Origin: Fonticula alba ATCC 38817
Taxonomy: Eukaryota > Protista > Nucleariida
DNA length: 64,000 nucleotides
NCBI GenBank assembly: GCA_000388065.2
Contig: KB932203.1
Strand: one strand, 5' to 3'
Notes under the pieces: generated by a model
Database searches by the model: none
What the model was told of the DNA's origin: nothing
The model's input: only the letters and a program-made list of their open reading frames with translations
Shown: positions 1-15,565 of the stretch, in pieces
Layout: every line of letters starts with the position of its first letter
Position numbering within the stretch: position 1 is the stretch's first letter
Position numbers and translations under genes: made by a program

Positions 1-1132
1 CTGACCATAGACATTGCTCATCAGCGCCTGGAAGTCGTTCGGCTGGTAATGCTCATCGAAGACATTGCAGTCGGCAGGGAGAGGGGCCGACGACTCGCTG
101 GCGACGTCGGCCTCGCTGTCGCCCCCCCCGTCGAGTTCCAGGTCGGACTCCGAGTCCGAGCTATCGTCCGAGTAGGACTCCACAAGGCAGGGCGAGGAGG
201 CGAGATCCTCAGAGGGATCGGCCGGCTTGTCGAGGAACTCGGCTGCTTGGAGGTCTTCCTCAACATGCTCGGGGGAGGTGTCCTGCGAGACAGGAGGAGC
301 CTCGGTGGCAGGAGGGGCCTCGGTGGCGGGAGGGGCCTCGGTGGCAGGAGGGGCCTCGGTGGCAGGAGGGGCCTCGGTGGCAGGGGAAGCCCCCGTCCGG
401 ACCGGCTGCTGGGGGAGGAGGTCCAACGAGGTGAGAAGCCCGCGCACCAGGCGCGCGGCGTCCTCATTCAAGCCCAGGGCGCTGGTCACCATGTCAAAGT
501 CCAGGGGCAGGACTGGGTGGCGGGGGGTGGCACCCGTGTCCGCACGAGGAGTCTGACCAGCGGGCTCGGGGGCATCTTCCACCGCCTCGGCGGCCTCGGC
601 GGCTTCGGCAGCCTCGACCGCCGCGATGGCGGCGACTGCCTCGGCCTCATCAGCCTCGTCAGTGGCGGCCGCGGCGGAGGCGACCTCGTCGAAGTCCAGG
701 AGTTCCGGAACCTGGACAGGTGGCTGCGGGGGCGCCAGCGAGGCGAACTCCGTGTCCAGCAGCAGCAGGTCGCCAGACTGGATGCATGCCTGAATGGCCG
801 CCTGGAGACCATCGGTGTCCGTGATGCGGATCAGCTCCCCGGTCACCGGATGGTGGTAGGAGAAGCGGATGTAGCTCGGGCGGTAGGGGAGGTTCTGGGT
901 CTTGATGGCGGCGAGGGCCTGTGCATCAGGGGGAAAGGGAATGGGCCGAGGAGGCTCCGGGTCAGTGGACATGGGGGCGGGGAGGGGATGCGGCAAGCAC
1001 ACCGGATCATGGCAGGCGCGATGCATGACGGACCATGGAGAGGAAGGTGTTGAATTCGATCGGAGTGCTGATCTTGATGGACAGCGGCTCGGGAATCGAC
1101 GGGTTGAGGAGATAAATGTAATTCTGCATCAT
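1..1132 (-). CDS. PB1-like domain protein with acidic, low-complexity C-terminal region; 3' end runs off the window
   Basis: ATG at 1132 sits in an exact GCCGCCACCATG context. Exon 1 is 1132-1034, followed by a GTCCGT...CACAG intron (1033-919); exon 2 is open from 918 to <1. Translation MMQNYIYLLNPSIPEPLSIKISTPIEFNTFLSM|ALAAIKTQNLPYRPSYIRFSYHHPVTGELIRITDTDGLQAAIQACIQSGDLLLL resembles the PB1 pattern (F-x-Y...G-E-L-I-x-I...D-x-L-x-x-A-I). It is followed by an A/E/D-rich region. The PB1 call is by eye only. Confidence 0.7.
291..385 (-). repeat. Coding 18-bp tandem repeat, about 5 copies (APPATE)
   Basis: The + strand unit gcctcggtggcaggaggg repeats with one or two substitutions and lies in frame within the PB1-like gene. 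Confidence 0.9.
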
Positions 1133-2339
1133 GGTGGCGGCGGCCGCGGAGCGGGTGGCGACGTGTTGACGTGTGCTCTGGGGAAGTGTGTGTGCGTGTG
1201 TGCGTGCAGTGGAGGGGAGAGGAGGGGTTCCGAGGGGTGTTGGAGGGAAGCGTGTGGGGTTGGTGGTGTTCAGGCATGCTTACCCGATCGACAGGCGGCT
1301 TCTTAAATAGGTAACGCAGAGTGGCCGCGTATTAGGCCAGATCGTAGAAGGGACCTGGGGGGGGGGGGGGGGGCGGGGGGGGCAAGCAATCCGGGCATGT
1401 GACGGAGACCAGAGACCCCGACAGGGGGGGCTGACACAATCGGCCGCGCACGACGCGCGACAACACCACACATACCCAGACTCGGCCGCCGGAATCCGGA
1501 TGTGTACCGATCGGGGGGAAACTGGAGAAGGAGCGGGGACACACGCCCCCCTCCCCAGCCATTTGTCCGCCCGTTGCTTTGCTGCCTTCGTGCACTGCCG
1601 ATCACTGGATGGCGAAGCTATCCGCAGGGAGGTCGATGGAAGGCCGGCTTGTGAGAGAGGGAGCCCAAGCGCAAGAATTGGGGTATTATTTTGGCGGTCC
1701 GATCATATACCCAATCTGTTGCGTCGGCTGCCCTACTTTCTCCCAGGCGAGGGACCGGGACGGCGGGGACTTCTTCGCGGGGCGGTTGTCCCGGAAATGG
1801 GTCCGGCGTCTGGGCAGCCGGCCCTGAGAAGGGGGACATGTTGCCCAGGTCTGGTGCAGACATTCCCCCCCCCCCCCCCCGCCGGACGGTCTGCCCAACC
1901 AAACCCAGGAACCGGGGTGAGTGCCAGGGGATTCCCGGCGACGTTGGCCGCCAGCGAGCCCCCACGGGGAGGGAGGGAGGATGGCCAGGCAGCGGCCGGG
2001 CAGCGGCCGGGCCGGCGGACGAGCCGTCGTGGCCAAGAGGGAGGCTCTTGCGCCATACTTGCGAGCACGCCTGTGGAAAGGGGGCCTGGAACGCCCCCCC
2101 AAAGGGGCATGTCGGTGTCCTGCCCCTCTGGGCACCCAAAGTGCCAATGGACGGGCGTCTTTGGCAGCTCCGCCGCCAACTCGGGGGCATCCCCCCCCCC
2201 CAGCGCTTCACCTGTTTGGGCCCCGTGCCGAAAGGAGCAAGGGACGCGCTGGGAAAAAGCCCTGTGCGCCTGCCCCCGCGCCAGGCTCACCTGCCTGGAA
2301 GCCCTCGCCCGGCCGTCGATCGATCGGCTTCGAGACCCC

Positions 2340-2380
2340 CCCTCCCCGGCCCTCCCCGGCCCTCCCCTGGCCCTCCCCGG
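2340..2380 (+). repeat. 10-bp tandem repeat (CCTCCCCGGC) x about 4
   Basis: Directly visible in the sequence. Confidence 0.8.
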
Positions 2381-3540
2381 CTCACCGCGCCATTAGCGTT
2401 CAGGGGCCCCCCCGTGCGGATCATATGCCCTTGCGTTGGGCTTTGGGGCCCCGCCCCGCCCAGACCTTCGGTCACTCATGCACCACTCTCCGGGTGTGCT
2501 CGCCCCCCCTTCCAAGGAGGTACATTTGCTCCGGCTGCCGGGGCCCTCCTGCCGCCCTCAAGCTCCTGCGCCTTCTTTTCCTGAGTGCCTCTTTGCATTC
2601 CGCCGCCACTCGTCTCACAGGCCGAAATGGGTAAGGGCGAGCCGCATCACGGGCCCCGCCCGCCAGCCCCGGCGTCCTGCCCTGCCTGAGGTGAGTCGTT
2701 CAAGGCAGGGGAGCACGCTCGATCGCGCACCGACGGCTGGCGCGGGCCGGAGGCCAGGCTGCCTGGCGCCCCCCTCCTGCCTGTTATGTTGTGTGCTCTT
2801 CCCCCCGGCCCTGCTCCCCCAGCCCTGTGTCCTGCTCGCTTTCTGCCTGCCTCCTTCGCCCTCTCCAGCCCCCCCCCCCCCCGATACATGGGCCAGGGTG
2901 CACGCACCCCGACGCGCACGTCCAGACGTGCACATTGTGTGGGAGTGGGTTCATTTTATTGTTGTTTCTTGGCCCGGTTCTCCGAAGCCGCGGAGATGGG
3001 CGCATGCGTAGGTGGGGGTATGTGTGTAGACACACGTGTTTGTGCTTCTGTACTCTCCTGTCGCCTCTATGCGCGGCGCGCTGCCTGGTCGGCGCGTGAT
3101 GGCCCGCCATCACACCGGAAAAATAAAGACCGCCTGCTTTGGGGCCTCTCGCGAGCAAGGCCCCGCCGCAGGGCGTTCCCCCTCGCGAGCGGGGGCGGAG
3201 CATGCCTCCGCCCGGCTAGCGCCTCCGCCGCGTCACAACGGGGCCATAGCGTGGAGCACAAAGGCACACACACAAACACACACATACATACACGGAAGAG
3301 ACAGACAGAGAGACGGGAACGTCCACACCCCTCCAAGGGGAAGGGGCGCGACGCTGTTCTCCCGCGCCTTCCTGGCCTCAGTTCCTCGGCCCTTGGTTCA
3401 CTATCTTTCTCTGGCTCCTCCCCCTCGCGCGCGCGCGCGCGCGCTCTCGCTCCCCCTCTCTCCGCCTACCCGTGCCGCCTCTCTGGCAGACCCGGCATCG
3501 GGGGGAGGGGGAGGGGGGGAGGCCGTCTTGCACGCCCCTC

Positions 3541-6594
<3,054 letters not shown>

Positions 6595-6657
6595 ACTGCG
6601 AACTGGGAGAGGTGGTACTTGCAGGGGGAAGGCCTGGGCAGCTCGTCGGAGGGGCGA

Positions 6658-6706
<49 letters not shown>

Positions 6707-6909
6707 AGGGGGGGGGAGGCGAGGGGAGAGGGGAAAACGCGCGCGCGAAAGGATGGCTGGCGATCGTTCGATCGCTCGGGTGTAATGTGGCAGGCGAAAA
6801 AGGGAAGCAGGGCGGCGCATTCATGCTTGCCGCATGCTAGCCGGCCGGGGCCGGGGCGGGCTGCTTTTTTCCCCTCCCCCCCCCCATACACACACATCTT
6901 TCTCTCTCT

Positions 6910-6942
<33 letters not shown>

Positions 6943-9496
6943 CCTTTCTGCCCCAATCAAGCCGTCTGCCCGGGCCCGGGCCATCTTTCCAGGCCCAAGC
7001 CATCCCTGTCGGGCCATGCTCACCCGGGGACCTCCTCTCCTCGGCCGCACCAAAGACAAAGGCTCTGGCGGATTTTCCCCTTCGGCCCCGAGGGCCGGTT
7101 GTCCGATGTCCCCTACCCTCATCCACACTCTCGCCCGCCTCTACTCTCTTTCTCGCTCGGCCCCCTCGCCCGTGCCGAGCAATTCCCCCCCTAGTCCCCC
7201 CTCGACGGGACGCAGGAAGGCCGAGATCGGATAGCAGGAGGCATGGCGATAGGATTGTCACCTGGAGCGATGTTCATCTCCACGAGGGGGCCTTTACCGC
7301 CAGACATCTGAAAGGGGGTAGCCGCGATGCTAGGGGGAGGGGGGGGGGGCGGGGCGGGGCGTTAGCATGTTGCCGCGGCGGGAGGGGCAAGGGGGGCCAG
7401 ATCACCCTGCAGAGGCTTGGCCGAGTGGGCCCCGAGCCGAGTACCAATTGCCGAGTGGCCGCTGATCTTGATCTCGACTGACCGATTCTACAAGCTCCCA
7501 GGGCAGGGGGCGGGCGTGGAGCGGGGGCCTCCCTTGCACGGGGCTGATCTTCAGATTCACATCTAATTCACCTGGAATGGGATCTACGGTGGGAGTAGGG
7601 CTTTTGCGAAGCGCAACCACCCCCTGAATCGCGCGCGACGGCCGCCACAAGCATGTCCGCCCACATCCTTCACCGTTCGCGCTTCGCCGGCCGCCATGGC
7701 CCCCAAAGGGCCGGGGTTGCGGCCGGAGACCGAGAGAGGGGGGCGAAGGAGGGGGAGGGCGAGAAGGCGCGAGGGGACTCGGGCTCCCATGTACAGCACA
7801 CGCATCGGCGGTCACGAATGTCGACATGGCCGCCGAATGATGCAGTTGTGTCATCTGGGGCACAGGGTCGCCCTGGCGTTCCGGCCTTGCTCACAGTGAA
7901 AGAGGCGGCACCTTGGCGGCCGTTGTTTCGGCCAACATGGGGCCAGGGAGCACGCACAACCAAGCAGTGGCAACGACAGACGCCGTACCGCCAATCCGCC
8001 CCACCCAAACGGCCAATATCCCCCGCCCCCAATGCCCTGTGCTCGGCTGCGCTGCGCCGCGCCCTCTCGTCGGCTCGTGCCCTCCTCGCCACCCGCTACC
8101 CTCTGGCCCCCGGCCCCCTGGATGAAGGGGGGCGGGCGGACAATCGGCAACCCCTTCTCGGACAGCCAGGCAAACCGATGCTGCCAGGTCGTTTAGGGCT
8201 CGAGAAGCCGCATGCATTCCGTGAGGACCATGCCCCCCTGCGCTGGTATCCCCTCATCACCCCCCCGGGAGGGGGCGAGCGAGCGAGCGAGCGAGCGAGA
8301 GACGGACCAAGAAGGAGGAACGGAAGCGCATGCCAAGGGCTCCCAGAGCGCGGACACAGGCGCACCCGCTCCATTGGCAACTATCCGGGGCCGGGGAATG
8401 CAAGCACACCCAAGGAGCCCACACGCCGGGGCCGGCTACTGTCGACATTGGCCGACGTTCGGGCCGCATGCGTGGTCCCAGCCCCCGGGAGGTCCAGTAC
8501 GTCATCTACTGACCAGCACACACTGAGGGCTTGGCGGCGCTCGAACTTGACCTGTGATGGGCTCCGATGGCGGTGTTAGACGGATACCCAACTCACTCGT
8601 CGCTTCTTCTCTCTCTCTCTCCCTCTCTCTCCCTCTCTCACCCCCATGGGGCCACATACACCCACACACGCACTCGCTCCGGGCGCGCCCCGCACATCGG
8701 GAACCTTAAATGTCACGGGGCGCGGCGATTGGTCCGCCATACACGAGCACACGCATTCCCAACCTCCCCGCCTCGGGAGAAGACGGTCCAGGTGGCCGGA
8801 GCGCTCACACTCGGTGACCATCCGGCCCCGGGAGGGGGATGCCCAGCTGGGTTTCCTGCACGGATCCCCCTTCGGCAGAGTTCGCAGCCCACAAGCGCGA
8901 ATTACCCCACAAGCACGATCGTGGAGTAGTCCCGATGCCGGAATTAAACCGAACACACCTAGAATGACGTTCTATGACGTAACGCTCCAAATCAACTCCC
9001 AATGCTCCGACGCAGCATTCCGCATTCCTACTCGGTGGACTGGCAGATGCCGCCAAATCTAGCGAGGGCATGCTGAAATCTAAGACCATCATCCTCAGGC
9101 TGGGTGCCTTCACCAGGGCACTGGTCGAACCGCCAGGTCGATTTGCATTTGTTTCCCATGGCTCCGGTGCGGCCCGAGCCCCGGCCGTGGTGTGGTGGTC
9201 GAGGTGGGCCCGGGGCCATTCCCACCGGTCTCTGTCCCTCGGGCCCCGCTCTGCCCTCGTTTCCCCCCCCCCGGGGGGGGGGGGGGGGGGGGGGGTACGT
9301 CTCGGGGTCATCCATAGGCAGGCAGGACAGTTGTGTCCCTTCCGCGCCATGCCAATCCCAGCCTTGACTCGCTGATGAGGGTGGATGTGCCCGGTAGGCT
9401 CCAAGTCTCCACCGGGCGTGGAAAGGGGAGAGAGCAGGTCCAGGCCCCGGGAGAGGAGGACCCCTGGGTGGGCGTTGGTCCATGTCCATGTACACG

Positions 9497-9534
<38 letters not shown>

Positions 9535-10008
9535 CCTCGCCCTTTTTGTGCTCTCCACAGTCCCTCTCACCCCTGACACGCCATATAGCTTCCGGAGAAG
9601 ACGCACTCAGGCATAGGGTGCCCCTGTCCTTGCTATGAGAGGGCGCACCCAGTAGGGGAGGGGCTCTCGTTCGAGGGTATGTTGCCTCCCACTTGCCTAG
9701 TTGCCTGTCCCACCGCACTTTCGCCTCTCCTCTCCTGCCCGCACAGCGACCGGCCATTGCCATAGAGCCGTCCTTCGAGGCGCCCGACTCTGAGTGGGCA
9801 GTCTTTTTCACTTTTCCAGCGTAAACCAGGCTCACGAGATCATCCGAGACAGCCCAACAAATCCACGACCCCCCTGACGCACAGATATACTCAGCCAACA
9901 TCCTCTCGCACACACACACACACACACACACGCAAGCACACATAGGCCCCACCGAAGTACGCCCTCGCGCGAGCAGACTCGCCACGATACACATGGGCGA
10001 TCGCCCAA

Positions 10009-11425
10009 ATGCCCAAGCCCGACATTGACCAATGGTGTTACTCATGGCCCCGGTCCCGGCTTGGGCTGTTCGGAAGCAGGCTCCCCTGTGCCAGGGCGCT
10101 GCTTGCCCTGATCGGCCGCGTGGAGGATGAAACTCCGGCCGCGGCGCCCGACCCTGCGGGCGCGCATTGGCTGGCTCACAAGCGGCAGCATGCCATCCTG
10201 GCGTCGAACCCTGCATCCGACCGCGGTGGTGGTGTTCGAAGGCGGTCGACCTGGCCACTGTGGCTTGAAGGAGGCCCTCAGCGGACCGGACGCCGAGAGT
10301 GTCGATGAGCGGGGCCCGGACGGCGAGGCGAAGCCCGGGCCCCGGCGGTGGCTGTTGCCGGCGCTGCTGTCCGGGCGCCGGTCGGGCGCCGGCAACCGCA
10401 AGCCCGAGGCCGCCCGAACCGCGCGGCTGGTGTGCCAGCTGGACCGGCTGGTGGTGCGCGGCCGGCTGGTCAGCCCGGCACTCATTCGGCGCATGCTCAC
10501 CGGCCCGGCGGGCGCCAAAGCCGAGGTCCGCGCCCACCCCGCCGGCTTGGCGGAGGAGGCTGGCAATGCTCTCCCCGGTCCGGGGGACATCGACGACTGC
10601 ATGGCCGAAGCGTGCGTCAATCCGTGGCCGGCCCAGTGGGGCGGCTGCTGCGCTCCCCGCCTCGCGGTGCCCCGCCCCGCCCCGTTGCCAATGCCTCCGC
10701 TCCGCCCCGCCCCCCCAAGACACTGACTCGCTGCCGGGCCCACCGGGCGCGCCACCCCCCCCGCCCCCAGCCGGCCGTGTGTCGCTCCTTCGCCCTGGAT
10801 TGCCTTGATTCCGGAGAGCGAGACGGCCGACGTGTGCCGATCGCTGGCCACCATGCGGGCCTCCTTGGCCTTGGTGGGCGGAGGGGCGCCCATGTCTCCG
10901 GAGCCCGGCCTCTCCGACTGGGGGGCCGGGTGGGACTTGAAGGCCGTCTTCATTGCTCAGCGGGCCGGCGGTCCGGGAAGCTGGCGTGCCGAGGGCGCCG
11001 CCACTACGGGGCCCTTTCCCACGGGCTCGGCCCCGCACCCCGGCTCACCGAGGGAGATTTCCTGCCCGGGGATTAGTCCAACAATGCCGTTTATCGAAAT
11101 GAAGTGCGTCCTAGACCGGCCGGAGAGCGTGCTTGTGAGGGGCTGCCCTCGCACGAGGGGGCTCGAGGGTGACCATACCAGGCGGGCGGGCCGGCGGCCG
11201 GCAGCGTGCCTGGCTGCCCGAGGGGATCTTTCTTGCCATGCCCTCATGCCACCGGTCCCGGTGTACTGACCGTCAGGTATGTGTGCGTACGTGCGTGTGT
11301 ATGCATGTATGTATTGTATGTATGTGTGTGTGTGCATGTCCTCGCTCGGGGTAAATAGCGCCGACGAACTGGCAGCCTTGGACTCGGAGGTCCGCTTCCG
11401 AGCTTTGTCCGGAAGTTTTCTCTCG
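10009..11425 (+). CDS. Probable upstream (luminal) exons of the TM-RING gene; exon structure unresolved
   Basis: High-GC3 open frame 10127-10726 on +. Genome-typical donors occur at 11104 (GTGCGT), 11277 (GTATGT) and 11426 (GTGCGT), with candidate acceptors near 11181, 11358 and 11543. No recognisable domain. Confidence 0.35.
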
Positions 11426-11543
11426 GTGCGTGGCGCCGCCACCGGCGCGGGAACATCGCGGCTCGGGACTGAGGCAAGGGGCGAAACTGACAGCCACATT
11501 GTGTGCCGCGCGCGAATCCCTGCGCCCCTCCTCGCCCACCCAG

Positions 11544-13096
11544 GTGGCCACTCGGATATCCAACCCCGGGAGACCGCCACCAACGCGATCGCCAAGCAGC
11601 ACCCTGGCAAAGGCCCCCCTGGAGCTGAGTACCACGCTCGAGGGGGCAGCGGCTACCATGCGCATCATGATCCCCCTGATGCTTGTCCTCTTCCTGGTGG
11701 TCATGCTGAAGGCCCTCCGCGCCGATGACACGCTCTACTATGAGGCCCGTGCCCATCGGCAGACCGGGGGACCGCTCGGCCCGGAGGGGCCCCCCCGGGG
11801 CCCCGGGCCTCAAGCTCGCCCCCGGCACCGGGGCCTGCCGCTCTTCAGTCGGGCGGTGTGCTGGCTGACCCGCGGCCTGCTCGGGGGCAATGGCCCAGCG
11901 CGGTCGAGCTACCGCTCGCACTTTGGCCTGTCCATGAGGCAGATCGCATCCATCCCCTTGAAGCCGCACTTTCCCCGCGAGGAGGATGGGGAGCCTCTCC
12001 CGGGGAGTGGCCTGCCTCCGGGCCTTGGGGCCTGGGGTACGTGTGCGGGGGCGGCTCTTCCTCATTGCTCCTTCTTCCGCCGGTGACCGCATTCTGCGCC
12101 CACTCGCCCATGCCCACTCGTGTGCACACCTTGGGGAGTAGGCAGGACATCTAACTGCAGCGGCGTCCCGGGTGCCGTGGCCCCTCCCTGCGGCGAATTC
12201 GAACGGTCGGCGCCGGTGACCGCCGCCAGATGACACCTCCGCCAAGTACGACCCCTCCTCCCCAACGATGGCCCTTGTCAATGTGAACGAACATCGTCCC
12301 TAATCAGCGCTCTCTTGCCCCCCTGGTGACGATGGCGGATGACGCCCAGAGAGCACTGCGCCATCTGCCAGGGACCTTTCTCCGAACCGTCCAGCCCCTC
12401 GGATGAGGGGTGGGCCTTGGGGCCGCTCGTGGCGTCGGGCAACATGACTGATGTCCCGCGCGCCGGCCCTGCCGTGCATGGAGGTACGCCTGACTTCTCC
12501 TGGTAGACGGCCTGCAAGTGCCTGGAGCGCGGTCGGCCGCTGTGCAGAGGCCGGGCATCCACTCCGACTCCTGTGCCCCACCGGATGGGGACTGACCGAG
12601 CGCTCTCTTGGGCCCCGCCCTCCCAGGCTCCCTGCCCCCGGCATCACGCTCGCCAAGCAGGACACCCCTCGATGGCCAGCCCACCCCAGCCCCGGAACTT
12701 GGGCAATTCTACATCGTGGATCCTCTGGGCCCGGCAGTTGGGCACTTGGTTTTCGCCCACATGGGGGTCCCGCAAACCGCTGGCGACTACCGGCCACCGG
12801 AGCACCATGGGTCAAATGCCCCCCGCCACCGGCGCCCGGCGTCCGCACACCCCCCCCCGGCGGACCTGCGGCCAAGCGACACATCGGCCCTCGAGCATGG
12901 TCACCCGCCGGCGGCCGACGACCCGCCCGAGCGCCGGTGCATTTGGCTGCGCGAGCTCCCCTGCCAGCACTCCTTCCATCGGAGCTGCTCGGATGCCTGG
13001 CTCAGGACCTATGGTCGGGCGTGCCCCCTGTGCCGGGTCCCGGTCCTCGGCCGGCGTGGGATCCTGTCGCTGAAGGCGCCAGTCGCCTTGGGCTAG
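11544..13096 (+). CDS. Transmembrane RING-H2 E3 ubiquitin ligase-like protein (TM segment followed by a split RING-H2)
   Basis: TM segment MRIMIPLMLVLFLVVMLKAL. HCAICQGPF occurs at 12354-12380. Splicing intron 12484-12626 (GTACGC...ctgac...CCCTCCCAG) joins it in frame to LRELPCQHSFHRSCSDAWLRTYGRACPLCR, the C-x-H-x2-H-x2-C...C-x2-C half. Stop TAG at 13094-13096 abuts a gap. Middle exons (12037-12351) are uncertain. Confidence 0.72.
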
Positions 13097-13156
13097 NNNN
13101 NNNNNNNNNNNNNNNNNNNNNNNNNNNNNNNNNNNNNNNNNNNNNNNNNNNNNNNN
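13097..13156. other. Assembly gap (60 N)
   Basis: N run. Confidence 1.
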
Positions 13157-13450
13157 CCTGGGGGTCTGGTGCCGGCGCCCTTTAGTTGGACCAAATGCAC
13201 GTACGCACGCGCGCTCACGCACCCGGGGGACATACCAACACACATATGCCAATATAAGATTTCGATGTATTTGTAGCATGTGCACTTTCCCCGAGCCAGA
13301 GGCGCGGTCGAGCGGGGGGGGTGAGGGGGGGGGGGGGATGCATGCCGAAGTGGCCGGGGCACGCCCGACGAGACCGCGGAATGTGGCTAAGCCGGCGATT
13401 CCCCTCTCTCGGGGGCGGCAGGGGAGGGGGAGAGGGCCCGAATCCGACCC

Positions 13451-13727
13451 TCAGTCACGCTTGCTGACCCGGCCCAGGTTATAGAGGTCCCGGTCGAACT
13501 GCCGGATGAAGAGCACATCACGGCGAATGAACTCATAGAATAGCAGCGAAATGGGGGCCGTCCAGGCATGCCACAGCGAATGTGCATCCAGCGTCCGGAA
13601 GAAGATGGGCGGGAAGTCCAACAGCTCCAGCGTCATGCCGACGCTCAAAAGGACCAGGCAACCAATGCACTGGGAGGCAGGGAGTGGAATTGTGTGTTTT
13701 TGTGTTCGTGTGCGTGTGCGTGTGCGC

Positions 13728-13761
<34 letters not shown>

Positions 13762-15315
13762 ATATATGGAAAAGGAAAGGAGCAAATCAGAGGGGAACGG
13801 GGGGGGGGGACATCGTAACAGACGGGGCGTGTTAGGTGAGGAAATGGCGGCACCAAAAGGGCGGCCCTGTGCGTGCGCATGCGGTGGTCACGTACGAGCC
13901 AGACGTGGCGCGCCGCACGGCGGTGCCGAAGCAGCTGGCTCGCGCCCCAAGAAATCCAAAGGACCCCGCTGACCGACACGACAACAACATTGGCCAGCAT
14001 GTTGTACCCGTAGTCGAAGCTCACCAGGCCCAGGTAACCGATGTGCCCGAGGAAGAGGCAAAGCAAGAAGGCCGAGAAAAGCAGGTGGGGCCGGCCAGTT
14101 CGAACCACCGGCAGAGCTCGCATACTGGCATGGTACACCGAGCACAGGGACCAGGCGGTGGCGCTGCGCACGAGAGGAACCAAGACAGGGGGGAAGGTGG
14201 TGGGAGACACCCGGGTCGACACCGTGTCAGACACAAGGGGGTGCGCTCCCCCCCCCCTGCGGGAGGAGACGGCTCAAAAGGAAACACACCTGAAGTAATC
14301 CAAATACTCGGTCCACCAGAGATCGCGAGTGTGGAAGACCGCGCTCCAGAGCCAGGTATTCAGCCCGACCAGCGTGTAGAGAGCCTGGGCTCGCCAGAGG
14401 GGGTTGCTTGTGGAGAGGCGCAGGTGGCCAAGCCCACAGGCAGGCGCGTCCCCCCCGCCGGCCATCGGCCCATCTCCCGGGCTCACAGGGGGCAGGTAGG
14501 TGGTGTAGGGCGCCGGGCGCTGGAGGACACCGAGCGGAGGAGGCGCACCGGCCTTACCGCCGGCCAGGCAGACCCGGTCGACCCCTGGGCGTTGGCAGGC
14601 CACCCCCGGCGGCCAGAGCGGCTCTTCCGCAGGGCGAAGCTCGCCCAGGCGCTTGGCAGGGATTCCCCCACCGGCCGAGGAGCGCTGGCGATGCCGCCGG
14701 CGTCGTGCCCACCCCCAGGCCCACCACCGCCGGCACCAGCCCAGCAGTGGAACTGGCGCGCCGAGGAGGATGGTCAGGAAGTTGGCCACCGAAAACAGCA
14801 CAGAGGCTGGCTCCTGCATCAGAAGCAGACGCCGCAATGGCCACTTCCCATGGTACTGGTGCACGCGCGGCGGGTGGGGCGGCCGGCCGCTCGGATTCGA
14901 CGGGTCGCCCCTTTTCCAGAGGGCCATGGCCGCCTGGTAGTCAAGCTGATCACGCTCGACGATGGCACTCATGCAGTCATACCGGCACAGGGCGTCCCGA
15001 TCCCACAGGAGGAGGCGGTAGGGCCTGGCGGTCCGGTGGGCAGACGCCGCGAGGGCGAGTGAGTGAGAGGGGCAGCACCGGCAAGCATCCACCAGGGGGA
15101 GGTGGTGGCTCGAAGCAAAGGAGGGCGACGGCATGAGGGGACAATCACACGCACAGGCTAATTTGGTCATATATGTTGGACTTGTTGCACTCACGCACAC
15201 AGTTCCGGAAGCGCGGGTCGATGTCCCCGCTGGAGGCCACAGCCAACCCCATCAGGCCAAGCAGCAGCATGAGCACCAGGCAAAGGCGCCCGCCTCGCCG
15301 GGGAGAGGGCACCAT
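13451..15315 (-). CDS. PGAP3: Post-GPI attachment to proteins factor 3 (PGAP3/Per1, CREST superfamily)
   Basis: Signal peptide then ASSGDIDPRFRNCVREC. Motifs: QYHGKWPLRRLLLMQEPASVLFSVAN, NTWLWSAVFHTRDLWWTEYLDYFSA, FDYGYNMLANV, LELLDFPP...LDAHSLWH. Exons about 15315-15170 (boundary ambiguous), about 15100-14290, 14163-13896 and 13669-13451. Confidence 0.92.
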
Positions 15316-15565
15316 GGCAAGGTCGGGGAGAGGATCGGAGAGGGATTGTGCCTCTCTCTCTCTCTCTCTCTCTTTTGATCCCGGTCTGGCGAGAGGAGAA
15401 ACAGGTGGAGAATGGAGGAGATGGAGAGGGTGGGTAGAGGGGCAAAAGGGCGCGGAGGGGGGGCCATTGAGCTGGCAGATTCATCTGGCCCGAGAGTAGG
15501 GGTGTTCGGCATGATGGGTCCCCTTGTCAGGTGTCGGCAGGCAGGCGGAAGGCTGATCGCCCCCC

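Noticed and set aside
49-1053. 334-aa + strand ORF
   Set aside because: Antisense shadow of the PB1-like gene; the - frame has a Kozak context, an intron and domain-like sequence.
8940-9135. AT-richer segment with short ORFs (MLKSKTIILRLGAF...), possibly a retroelement remnant or 5' exon of the RING gene
   Set aside because: No recognisable RT, integrase or RNase H motif, and no consistent splice path could be built.
9308-11038. 576-aa and 303-aa - strand ORFs
   Set aside because: Low-complexity R/G/P translations crossing CA microsatellites; codon pattern and splice signals favour the + strand.
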